Source: Picochlorum sp. SENEW3 (lineage: Eukaryota). From it: a DNA stretch of 64,000 nucleotides. How positions within the stretch are numbered: the first letter of the stretch is position 1; every line of letters starts with the position of its first letter. Below the pieces are notes generated by a model. That model made no database searches and was not told where the DNA came from. It saw nothing but the letters and a program-made list of their open reading frames with translations. A program made the translations under genes and the position numbers. The DNA is taken from NCBI GenBank assembly GCA_034226945.1, contig CP120453.1:1-64000 (forward strand), in the 5' to 3' direction. Shown piece by piece: positions 1 to 12,209 of the stretch.

Positions 1-65
1 CTCAGTACTTCGTTCAGTTACGTATTGCTCCCTATACCCTATACCCTGTGCATACCGTCGTTCTT

Positions 66-3000
66 GGCAGGAGGGTAATGAGGGTAAATAAGCCAATATT
101 CACACCACTTCCCACCACACAAACAAAAAATAAACACAATTTCCTAATAATACAAAAATAATCTATCATAAAAACAAAAAACATCACAAAAATCCAAAAT
201 AAATCCAAAAAAAACAACCCCAACAAGACCAAAATACCCTAACCAAAAAAAACACACACCAACCAAAACAACAATATAGACAACATATGAAAGAAGAAGA
301 ATTATAATAAGAAGAACCCTTATATATACAGCAACAAACACTAAAAAAACACGGCACACAACAAGATCTGCTCCTCCTACTACACCAAAAGAAACAGCAG
401 ACCAACAAAGACGACGCAAAGCAATCGAAAGAAAATAGCTCATAATACTCCTCATTGATAATGATAATGATAATGATAAGAACATACACAACAACAATCG
501 ACACGACCAAGCAACCAACAATAACAGGAACAGGACACAACAGAACCAAACACACAACAAGAGAAGAGAACAACCTGGAGAGAGATAGGATAGACTCACA
601 GACAACATCTGAGAGATTGAGAGAGAGAGGTGTAATAATAGTAGTAGTAGTATAATATATGAAAATAAATAAATAAATAAATAAATAAAAGACATGAAAT
701 GAAATGAGAAAGAACGAAAAAAGTATTGTCTTTGTTTCACAACAATAACAACAAGCACTACTAGAGTAACCAACCTCACACCAATGGTTTTGGAGTTTTT
801 CAGTATCTTATCATGCAAGGCACGCGTACGTACTTATGTACTTGAACGTCGACTTCTATCTGTGAATGACAGGAAATCACGACATCCCCGGTCAGACGTC
901 CCTTAATACAAGAAATCAACAACCATCCAGCATGCACCACCACTACTACTACTACTAAACAACACACAAACAAAGAAGCAAAGCAATCAAAAGAGAAGCA
1001 AGTAAATATCTCATAATAGTAGTAGTAGTAATGATAATAACATGCACAACAATCCACACGAGCAATAATACCAACCAATAATAACAGAGCAGAACAGAAC
1101 AAAGCACACAAGTCTCATGCTCACAAGAAGAAGAACAACCTGGAGCTACCCTACACAGACAACAAGTGAGATAGAGAAAGAGTTATAATAATATCATCTC
1201 CTTCACAACAACAACAACAAGCAAGCTGTGGCAAGCACTAGAGTAATGTTGCTTGAATGCTGGAGGAAAGTATGACATTGTCTTACTTAGACTTCATGAG
1301 GAGTTGCAATTAGAATAGTAGGACATAACTGCGGCGCTTCTTTGAATGAGGGAGATGTCGTCGTGTTTATGTTGCTGCAAAGAAAGCAGGCGAGTCTGGC
1401 TCTCCTCCTCGACCAGCTGGCTGTGTGTGTGTGCTCCACATCCACTCCCATCAAAATATGTGTTCGATGGAGAGAGCATGAATCACAAGAAAATCCACGA
1501 CATATCCTCGGTCAAACCTCTTGTGTGATGGGATGGGAAGAAGAATGAAAAACATGCCACCAAAAAGCACGACGAGTGTGCCCGAGCGGTCTCATGGTCG
1601 TCCTTTTTTATTGTCCTCATTGACGGACGAACACCACGTCCGAGGAGACCGGGGTTCAACTTGGTCCTACTTTTTTATTGTGTTTGTTTACGGAGAGATC
1701 TCCGTACGACACAACCTGCCGTACCGAAACACCAGGGCGCCCTGTCCACATCAGCAAAAGAGTTGTACCTGCCACCAAGGTCACCCCTTCACCCCGCCGA
1801 ATGACCACGCCAGAGACAATGTCCACTCCTCTCGCTTTGCACATATATTACTATCATATCAATACATCTACACAAAAACGCGCAGGACTGGACATTGTCT
1901 TTGACACCCCCAAACACGCGCTACAAGGTCGGTCATACTCACCACCAAGGTGACCACTTCACCTCGCCGAATGACCATGCCAGAGACAATGTCCACTCTT
2001 CTCGCTTTGCTCATACATTGATATTATATAAATACATCTACACAAAAGAGCACAGGACTGGACATTGTCTTTGACACCGCCAAACACGCCCCACAAGCTC
2101 ACTGATAGTGACCACCAGCTTTACCCCTTCACCCCGCCAAATGACCATGCCAGAGACAATGTCCACTCTTCTCGCTTTGCACATACATTGATATCATATA
2201 AATACATCTACACAAAAGAGCGCAGGACTGGACATTGTCTTTGACACCACCAAACACGCGCTATAAGGTCGCTGACACTCACCACCAAGGTGACCACTTC
2301 ACCCCGCCAAATGACCATGCCAGAGACAATGTCCACTCTTCTCGCTTTGCACATACATTGATATCATATAAATACATCTACACAAAAGAGCGCAGGACTG
2401 GACATTGTCTTTGACACCACCAAACACGCCCCACACGCTTGGTCATAGTGACAACCAGCTTTCCCCTTCCCCCCCCCAAAATCCCCATCCCAGACACAAT
2501 CCCCCCCCCCCCCTCTTTCCCCAAAAATAAAAAAAATAAAAATACATCCACACAAAAGAGCGCAGGACTGGACATTGTCTTTGACACCACCAAACACGCG
2601 CTATAAGGTCGCTGACACTCACCACCAAGGTGACCACTTCACCCCGCCGAATGACCATGCCAGAGACAATGTCCACTCTTCTCGCTTTGCTCATACATTG
2701 ATATTATATAAATACATCTACACAAAAGAGTAAAAAACACAAAAAAAAAAACACAGGACTGGACATTGTCTTTGACAACCAAACCCCCCACCAAACACGC
2801 CCCACACGCTTGGTCATAGTGACAACCAGCTTTACCCCTTCACCCCGCCAAATGACCATGCCAGAGACAATGTCCACTCTTCTCGCTTTGCACATACATT
2901 GATATCATATAAATACATCTACAAAATAGAGCGCAGGACTGGACATTGTCTTTGACACCACCAAACACGCGCTACAAGGTCGGTCATAGTGACAACTAGC

Positions 3001-4578
3001 TTTACCCCTTCACCCCGCCAAATGACCATGCCAGAGACAATGTCCACTCTTTTCGCTTTGCACATACATTGATATCATATAAATACGTCAACACAAAAAC
3101 GCGCAGGACTGGACATTGTCTTTGACACCACCAAACAGGCGCTACAAGGTCGCTGACACTCACCACCAGGGTGACCACTTCAACACGCCGAATGACCATG
3201 CCAGAGACAATGTCCACTCTTCTCGCTTTGCACATATATTACTAGCATAAAAATACGTCTACACAAAAGAGCGCAGGACTGGACATTGTCTTTGACACCC
3301 CCAAACACGCCCCACAAGCTTGGTCATAGTGAGAACCAGCTTTACCACTTCACCCCGCCGAATGACCATGCCAGAGACAATGTCCACTCTTCTCGCTTTG
3401 CACATATATTACTATCATATTAATACGTCTACACAAAAGAGCGCAGGACTGGACATTGTCTTTGACACCCCCAAACACGCGCTACAAGGTCGGTCATACT
3501 CACCACCAAGGTGACCACTTCACCCCGCCGAATGACCATGCCAGAGACAATGTCCACTCTTCTCGCTTTGCACATATATTACTATCATATTAATACGTCT
3601 ACACAAAAGAGCGCAGGACTGGACATTGTCTTTGACACCCCCAAACACGCGCTACAAGGTCGGTCATACTCACCACCAAGGTGACCACTTCACCCCGCCG
3701 AATGACCATGCCAGAGACAATGTCCACTCTTCTCGCTTTGCACATATATTACTAGCATAAAAATACGTCTACACAAAAGAGCGCAGGACTGGACATTGTC
3801 TTTGACACCCCCAAACACGCCCCACAAGCTTGGTCATAGTGAGAACCAGCTTTACCACTTCACCCCGCCGAATGACCATGCCAGAGACAATGTCCACTCT
3901 TCTCGCTTTGCACATACATTGATATCATATCAATACATCTACACAAAAGAGCGCAGGACTGGACATTGTCTTTGACACCACCAAACACGCGCTACAAAGT
4001 CGCTGACACTCACCACCAGGGTGACCACTTCACCCCGCCGAATGACCATGCCAGAGACAATGTCCACTCTTCTCGCTTTGCACATACATTATTATACTAT
4101 AAATACGTCTACACAAAAACGCGCAGGACTGGACATTGTCTTTGACACCGCCAAACACGCCCCACAAGCTCACTGATAGTGACCACCAGGGTGACCCACT
4201 TCAGCCCCCTGAAAACCAACCTCAGAGACATTTGTTTTTTCTTTACGATCTCTCAGATACTACTTATATATGATTATATATCTGGGCAAACGTGCGGGAC
4301 TGGACACGTTTTCGTCTGGTAGGTAGACCACTGCAAAGGATTGGACTACTGACAGTCACCTTGTCCCAAGTGGGGGCGCCTTTTTCTCCTTGTGGCGCGC
4401 CCAATTTTGTGCCAGTTTTGGACCCCTCTGAAATGGACCCAAAACAAAATATTTTTCAGTTCTGACTCGTGTTTGATGCTATTGAAAGGTAAATAAAACT
4501 TAATATGTGGAGAGACGGGGCACATCGTCAAAAAATCTATACCCTACCGTGCTTGACACATGGATTTGGGCCATATAA
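66..4578. mobile_element. Repeat element family A, copy 1 (A/C-rich head, tRNA-like segment, 170-bp array, unique tail); non-coding, class unknown
   Basis: Starts GGCAGGAGGGTAATGAGGGTA, the same head as the element at 4579. Bases ~251-4578 recur nearly identically at ~8765-12208, both ending ...TTTGGGCCATATAA. Confidence 0.75.
1772..4200. repeat. 170-bp tandem array, ~14 units
   Basis: GACATTGTCT recurs at 1891, 2061, 2231, 2401, 2571, 2762, 2942, 3112, 3282, 3452, 3622, 3792, 3962, 4132. Two intervals are lengthened by small insertions. A degenerate unit follows to ~4320. Confidence 0.97.
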
Positions 4579-5779
4579 GGCAGTGAGGGTAATGAGGGTA
4601 TATATCCACATAGTCACCCCACTTCCCACCACACAAACAAAAAATAAACACGATTTATAAATTAAATAATATACAAACTACCCAAAAATAAGAAAATATC
4701 CAAAAAATCAAAAATAAAGCCAAGAAAAAACACCACCAACAAGACCAAAATACCCTAACCAAAAAAACACACCAACCAAAAAAACATCCAAAAACACCAC
4801 CAAAAGAACGAGAATATACAATACAATATCAAGAAGAATAATAAGTAGTATAATAAGCACCTATACTATATATACAACGACAACGACAACAACAAAAGAC
4901 ACGGCATACCACAAGCTCTGCTACTACTACTGCTGCTCCTCCTCCTACTACTACTACAACAACAAGAGAAGACAACAACAACAGCAACCAACACAAAAGC
5001 AAAGCAAAGCAAAACCAAAATCAAAAGATACAAATCTCATAATAATCATAATGACACAACAACAATCTATACTATGCTATGCTATGCATGAATGAAAAGA
5101 ATCTCTGTCTTCTTCTTCACAACAGCAACAGCAGCATCAACAGAAGGACACAATATTAAGTAAGTAAGTAAGTAAGAAGAATACCAATAATAATAATAAT
5201 AATAAACACCCATCATTAAAAAAAAGCGTCGCACACCCAGTGCAAAACAAACAGTGGTCTGCTGCCACATGTCTGAAGAAGAGGGAGCAGCTCGGAACAA
5301 CAAGAATGGCGATCTTCCCATCACCCCTTGACTTGACTGGGACCACCACCAAAAACATACCAACCAAACCAATACACAAAATAAAAAGGGTGTTGTATAG
5401 CAAAAAAAAGTAGCACTCACCAAAGCGTCGCACACCACCTGAAACAACAACTCTGACAACACACACCACAAGCTCTGCTACTGCTACTACAACACAAGAG
5501 AACACACCAACAAAGCAAAGCAATCAAAAGAAGATACTATCTCATACCAGTTACTATTAGTTAGAGAAATAGTAATAATCATACTAACATGCACAACAAC
5601 AATCGATATGAGCAAGCAGCCAATAATAACAGGAGGAAACACAAATACACACACACAACAAGAAGATAAGAACCTGGAGATAGACTCACAGACAAGATAT
5701 GAGATAGAGAGAGGTACAAGAAGAAGTATGTGAAAAGACATGAGACAAGAAAGAATGAAAAAAGTATTGTCTTTGTTTC

Positions 5780-5820
<41 letters not shown>
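5780..5820. repeat. (AAC)n microsatellite, ~13 units
   Basis: Perfect caacaacaac run. Confidence 0.95.
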
Positions 5821-5822
<2 letters not shown>

Positions 5823-7412
5823 GAAGAAGAAGCAAGCTGAGGCAAGCACTGGAGTAACGTTGCACCAATGCTTGAGTATTTCAATATCATCATCATGCAT
5901 GGAACGCTTACTTAATTACTTATACTTCACGTGTTGCAATGAGCATAGTAGGATAGTAGTAATATATATATATATATATCTATACAATTGCGACGCTTCT
6001 TTGGGTAAGATCTCGTCGTGTTTAGAGACTGCTCCACAGCTATCCTCCTCTCCACCTGTGTGTGTGTGCTCCACATATCCAGGCGCCTCCATCAGAAGAG
6101 GTCTTCGATAGGAGGAGGAAAAAAGAAACACCAAAAGTGAAACTACCATACCATCATCATCGGTCAAACGTCCCTTGTGATGGGAGATGAAAAAAGCACG
6201 CTGAGTGTGGCCGAGCGGTTTAAAGCGTGTGGGCTCTCTGGCCCATGGTCGTCCTTTTTTATTGTCTTCATTTACGGACGAACACCACGTCCGAGGAGAT
6301 CGAGGTTCAACTTGGTTCAACTTGGTCCAACTTTTTTATTGTGTTTGTTTACGGACATTCGCCAGAGAGCACGACCAGAGACCAGACTCTACGGGTCGCA
6401 TGCCAACGGTCTGGGGCTTTGTCGGACCGAAGGGTTCAGAGAACGAACAAAGAAGCATGTGGAGTTGTCCTCACAATACTTCTTGTATCCAAGAAGGAAA
6501 AGCCGTGTAGGAACCAGTCCGAATACGTCAGTATAAGGTGTCCCTTCCTATGATTGTTGTGCATACGCAACATATTGCGGGTAATCTCTCGAGTGTTCCA
6601 GACCAAGTTGACACCACCTTCCAGAGCCATGGCATCGCGTTGGCCCAGGGATGCCACGCACTGCGGAAGAAACGGTACCCCATATTGATTAAAATTGAAT
6701 GAATGGATAATTAAAACAGCATTCAAGAGTTCCTCCGTCGTCAACGCGTCGGTTTCCACGCCAACCGACGGTCGTCGATTCCATTCGCGTCGCGACGGTT
6801 GGGACTAGCACAGGCCTGGAGTCGTCCTCCATGGGCATAGAGGAGCATCATTATTGCTTTAAAATTAGATCTCAGTCGAAAAAGCCGACGACTGACCACC
6901 ACGGAGCACAACAGGGGTCCAACAACAACCGTTCCACGGGAATGTCATGACAACACTCGCAACGGTGCCAACAGGCCACGACCTCCTTCTCCCAGGTTTT
7001 CCACCCTCTAGTATCTTATATTGATATATCTTTCAAGGAGACTCCTGGGCTCCCTCCAATCAAACTCACTCACAGAGGTGGCTTTGCCCAGAGGTTGTTG
7101 CGAATTCTGTTGTGAACATTGGTGGTGAATGCGACGCGAAATACTCCTGATGCTGGTGAGCGGAGAAGCTCTTTACTAGCATCTCATCAATTCCATATGT
7201 ATGAGATGCCTAAAGTCGTCAGGCCACGGGTGAAAGCTCTCAACCTTGGAGTCTGAGGCAGCTGCTTGTGCTTGATTCCTGGCCCACTGCAAAAACATGC
7301 GGTGACCAAGGCGAGTCCTCGACACATGAATGCGCAATCTGGCTCCTTGCATGGTTTCTGTGGATATATATAAGACATAGTAGCACCACAGACGCGACGA
7401 TAGAGTGCTGAT

Positions 7413-8707
7413 GCGCCCACAATCGTATCCCAAGCGTTGGGAAGTGACTCCCAGACACACCCCTCCCTGGATGACCGGTCACGCAAAATCTTGGAAATCT
7501 GAGAAAGGTCTTTTTGAATTACATCTATATCAGGTGCCTGAAAGTGACAAACCAGGGAGCAGAGCTCTCACGCGCCCACAATTGTGCCCCAAGCGTTGCA
7601 AAAGTGCCTCCCAGACACACCCCTCCCTGGATGACCGGTCACGCAAAATCTTGGAAATCTGAGAAAGGTCTTTTTGAATTACATCTATATCAGGTGCCTG
7701 AAAGTGACAAACCAGGGAGCAGAGCTCTCACGCGCCCACAATTGTGCCCCAAGCGTTGCAAAAGTGCCTCCCAGACACACCCCTCCCTGGATGACCGGTC
7801 ACGCAAAATCTGGGAAATCTGAGAAAGGTCTTTTTGAATTACATCTATATCAGGTGCCTGAAAGTGACAAACCAGGGAGCAGAGCTCTCAGCCGGCCACA
7901 ATCGTGCCCCAAGCGTTGCAAAAGTGCCTCACAGACACACCCCTCCCTGGATGACCGGTCACGCAAAATCTGGGAAATCTGAGAAAGGTCTTTTTGAATT
8001 ACATCCATATGAGGTGCCTGAAAGCGACAGACTAGAGAAAAAAGCTCTCAGGCGAGCACAATCGTGCCCCAAGCGTTGCAAAAGTGCCTCCCAGACACAC
8101 CCCTCCCTAGATGACCGGTCACGCAAAATCTTGGAAATCTGAGAAAGGTCTTTTTGAATTACATCTATATCAGGTGCCTGAAAGTGACAGACTAGAGAAA
8201 AAAGCTCTCAGGCGAGCACAATCGTGCCCCAAGCGTTGCAAAAGTGCCTCCCAGACACACCCCTCCCTGGATGACCGGTCACGCAAAATCTTGGAAATCT
8301 GAGAAAGGTCTTTTTGAATTACATCTATATCAGGTGCCTGAAAGTGACAAACCAGGGAGCAGAGCTCTCACGCGCCCACAATTGTGCCCCAAGCGTTGCA
8401 AAAGTGCCTCACAGACACACCCCTCCCTGGATGACCGGTCACGCAAAATCTGGGAAATCTGAGAAAGGTCTTTTTGAATTACATCTATATAAGGTGCCTG
8501 AAAGCGACAGACTAGAGAAAAAAGCTCTCAGGCGAGCACAATCGTGCCCCAAGCGTTGCAAAAGTGCCTCCCAGACACACCCCTCCCTAGATGACCGGTC
8601 ACGCAAAATCTTGGAAATCTGAGAAAGGTCTTTTTGAATTACATCTATATGAGGTGCCTGAAAGCGACAGACTAGAGAAAAAAGCTCTCACGCGCCCACA
8701 ATCGTGT
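7413..8707. repeat. 160-bp tandem array, ~8 units, two sequence variants
   Basis: CAGACACACCCCTCCCT recurs at 7452, 7612, 7772, 7932, 8092, 8252, 8412, 8572. Variant segments are CAAACCAGGGAGCAGAG and CAGACTAGAGAAAAAAG. Confidence 0.97.
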
Positions 8708-8764
8708 ACCAAAGATCACCAGTTTTGGCTGAAACCAAAAGTTTGAGGTTATGGACTCCCCTTT

Positions 8765-11700
8765 ACACACACCAACCAAAACAACAATATAGACAACATA
8801 TGAAAGAAGAAGAATTATAATAAGAAGCACCCTTATATATACAGCAACAACGACTAAAAAAACACGGCACACAACAAGATCTGCTCCTCCTACTACACCA
8901 AAACAAACAGCAGACCAACAAAGACGACGCAAAGCAATCGAAAGAAAATAGCTCATAATACTCCTCATTGATAATGATAATGATAAGAACATACACAACA
9001 ACAATCGACACGACCAAGCAACCAACAATAACAGGAACAGGACACAACAGAACCAAACACACAACAAGAGAAGAGAACAACCTGGAGAGAGATAGGATAG
9101 ACTCACAGACAACATCTGAGAGATTGAGAGAGAGAGGTGTAATAGTAATTGTAGTAGTAGTATAATATATGAAAAAAAATAAATAAATAAATAAAAGACA
9201 TGAAATGAAATGAGAAAGAACGAAAAAAGTATTGTCTTTGTTTCACAACAATAACAACAAGCACTACTAGAGTAACCAACCTCACACCGATGGTTTTGGA
9301 GTTTTTCAGTATCTTATCATGCAAGGCACGCGTACGTACTTATGTACTTGAACGTCGACTTCTATCTGTGAATGACAGGAAATCACGACATCCCCGGTCA
9401 GACGTCCCTTAATACAAGAAATCAACAACCATCCAGCATGCACCACCACTACTACTACTACTAAACAACACACAAACAAAGAAGCAAAGCAATCAAAAGA
9501 GAAGCAAGTAAATATCTCATAATAGTAGTAGTAGTAATGATAATAACATGCACAACAATCCACACGAGCAATAATACCAACCAATAATAACAGAGCAGAA
9601 CAGAACAAAGCACACAAGTCTCATGCTCACAAGAAGAAGAACAACCTGGAGCTACCCTACACAGACAACAAGTGAGATAGAGAAAGAGTTATAATAATAT
9701 CATCTCCTTCACAACAACAACAACAAGCAAGCTGTGGCAAGCACTAGAGTAATGTTGCTTGAATGCTGGAGGAAAGTATGACATTGTCTTACGTAGACTT
9801 CATGAGGAGTTGCAATTAGAATAGTAGGACATAACTGCGACGCTTCTTTGAATGAGGGAGATGTCGTCGTGTTTATGTTGCTGCCAAGAAAGCAGGCGAG
9901 TCACAGCTCTCCTCCTCGACCAGCTGGCTGTGTGTGTGTGCTCCACATCCACTCCCATCAAAATATGTGTTCGATGGAGAGAGCTGTGAATCACAAGAAA
10001 ATCCACGACATATCCTCGGTCAAACCTCTTGTGTGATGGGATGGGAAGAAGAATGAAAAACATGCCACCAAAAAGCACGACGAGTGTGCCCGAGCGGTCT
10101 CATGGTCGTCCTTTTTTATTGTCCTCATTGACGGACGAACACCACGTCCGAGGAGACCGGGGTTCAACTTGGTCCTACTTTTTTATTGTGTTTGTTTACG
10201 GAGAGATCTCCGTACGACACAACCTGCCGTACCGAAACACCAGGGCGCCCTGTCCACACACATCAGCAAAAGAGTTGTACCTGCCACCAAGGTCACCCCT
10301 TCACCCCGCCGAATGACCACGCCAGAGACAATGTCCACTCCTCTCGCTTTGCACATATATTACTATCATATCAATACATCTACACAAAAACGCGCAGGAC
10401 TGGACATTGTCTTTGACACCCCCAAACACGCGCTACAAGGTCGGTCATACTCACCACCAAGGTGACCACTTCACCCCGCCAAATGACCATGCCAGAGACA
10501 ATGTCCACTCTTCTCGCTTTGCACATACATTGATATCATATAAATACATCTACACAAAAGAGCGCAGGACTGGACATTGTCTTTGACACCACCAAACACG
10601 CCCCACACGCTTGGTCATAGTGACAACCAGCTTTACCCCTTCACCCCGCCAAATGACCATGCCAGAGACAATGTCCACTCTTCTCGCTTTGCACATACAT
10701 TGATATCATATAAATACATCCACACAAAAGAGCGCAGGACTGGACATTGTCTTTGACACCACCAAACACGCGCTATAAGGTCGCTGACACTCACCACCAA
10801 GGTGACCACTTCACCCCGCCGAATGACCATGCCAGAGACAATGTCCACTCTTCTCGCTTTGCTCATACATTGATATTATATAAATACATCTACACAAAAG
10901 AGCACAGGACTGGACATTGTCTTTGACACCACCAAACACGCCCCACACGCTTGGTCATAGTGACAACCAGCTTTACCCCTTCACCCCGCCAAATGACCAT
11001 GCCAGAGACAATGTCCACTCTTCTCGCTTTGCACATACATTGATATCATATAAATACATCTACAAAATAGAGCGCAGGACTGGACATTGTCTTTGACACC
11101 ACCAAACACGCGCTACAAGGTCGGTCATAGTGACAACTAGCTTTACCCCTTCACCCCGCCAAATGACCATGCCAGAGACAATGTCCACTCTTTTCGCTTT
11201 GCACATACATTGATATCATATAAATACGTCAACACAAAAGAGCGCAGGACTGGACATTGTCTTTGACACCACCAAACACGCCCCACACGCTTGGTCATAG
11301 TGACAACCAGCTTTACCCCTTCACCCCGCCAAATGACCATGCCAGAGACAATGTCCACTCTTCTCGCTTTGCACATACATTGATATCATATCAATACATC
11401 TACACAAAAGAGCGCAGGACTGGACATTGTCTTTGACACCACCAAACACGCGCTATAAGGTCGCTGACACTCACCACCAAGGTGACCCCTTCACCTCGCC
11501 GAATGACCATGCCAGAGACAATGTCCACTCTTCTCGCTTTGCTCATACATTGATATTATATAAATACATCTACACAAAAGAGCACAGAACTGGACATTGT
11601 CTTTGACACCACCAAACACGCGCTACAAGGTCCGTCATACTCACCACCAAGGTGACCACTTCACCTCGCCGAATGACCATGCCAGAGACAATGTCCACTC

Positions 11701-12208
11701 TTCTCGCTTTGCACATATATTACTATTATATAAATACGTCTACACAAAAACGCGCAGGACTGGACATTGTCTTTGACACCGCCAAACACGCCCCACAAGC
11801 TCACTGATAGTGACCACCAGGGTGACCCACTTCAGCCCCCTGAAAACCAACCTCAGAGACATTTGTTTTTTCTTTACGATCTCTCAGATACTACTTATAT
11901 ATGATTATATATCTGGGCAAACGTGCGGGACTGGACACGTTTTCGTCTGGTAGGTAGACCACTGCAAAGGATTGGACTACTGACAGTCACCTTGTCCCAA
12001 GTGGGGGCGCCTTTTTCTCCTTGTGGCGCGCCCAATTTTGTGCCAGTTTTGGACCCCTCTGAAATGGACCCAAAACAAAATATTTTTCAGTTCTGACTCG
12101 TGTTTGATGCTATTGAAAGGTAAATAAAACTTAATATGTGGAGAGACGGGGCACATCGTCAAAAAATCTATACCCTACCGTGCTTGACACATGGATTTGG
12201 GCCATATA
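8765..12208. mobile_element. Repeat element family A, copy 2 (left-truncated by ~185 bp, array shorter by 5 units)
   Basis: Near-identical to ~251-4578. Identical ORF translations at 800..1111 vs 9306..9617 and 4346..4531 vs 11977..12162. Confidence 0.9.
10284..11830. repeat. 170-bp tandem array, ~9 units
   Basis: TGGACATTGT at 10401, 10571, 10741, 10911, 11081, 11251, 11421, 11591, 11761. Confidence 0.97.
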
Positions 12209-12209
12209 A

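Larger units (their letters stand above)
4579..8766. mobile_element. Repeat element family B (diverged relative of A in its first ~1.8 kb, then unique ~1 kb, then 160-bp array)
   Basis: Head GGCAGTGAGGGTAATGAGGGTA and the A/C-rich region align with 66-1700. The conserved block 6195-6356 matches 1565-1695. The right end ...GAGGTTATGGACTCCCCTTTACA recurs at 12327-12759. Confidence 0.65.

Noticed and set aside
32..9617. Hydrophobic minus-strand ORFs (e.g. 144-818, 5082-5896, 8672-9617) as membrane proteins
   Set aside because: By-product of G/T-rich low-complexity sequence. Several overlapping frames are open and the copies differ in extent.
1678..11376. Repeating ORFs within the arrays
   Set aside because: Periods of 170 and 160 are not multiples of 3, so the frames shift and stop in each unit.
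1772..11830. 170-bp and 160-bp arrays as CRISPR arrays
   Set aside because: The variable parts are a few recurring related variants, not unique spacers. The constant part is far too long, there are no cas genes, and the context is eukaryotic.
1772..11830. Arrays as retrozyme/hammerhead repeats
   Set aside because: No CTGANGA...GAAA core found by eye on either strand of either monomer.
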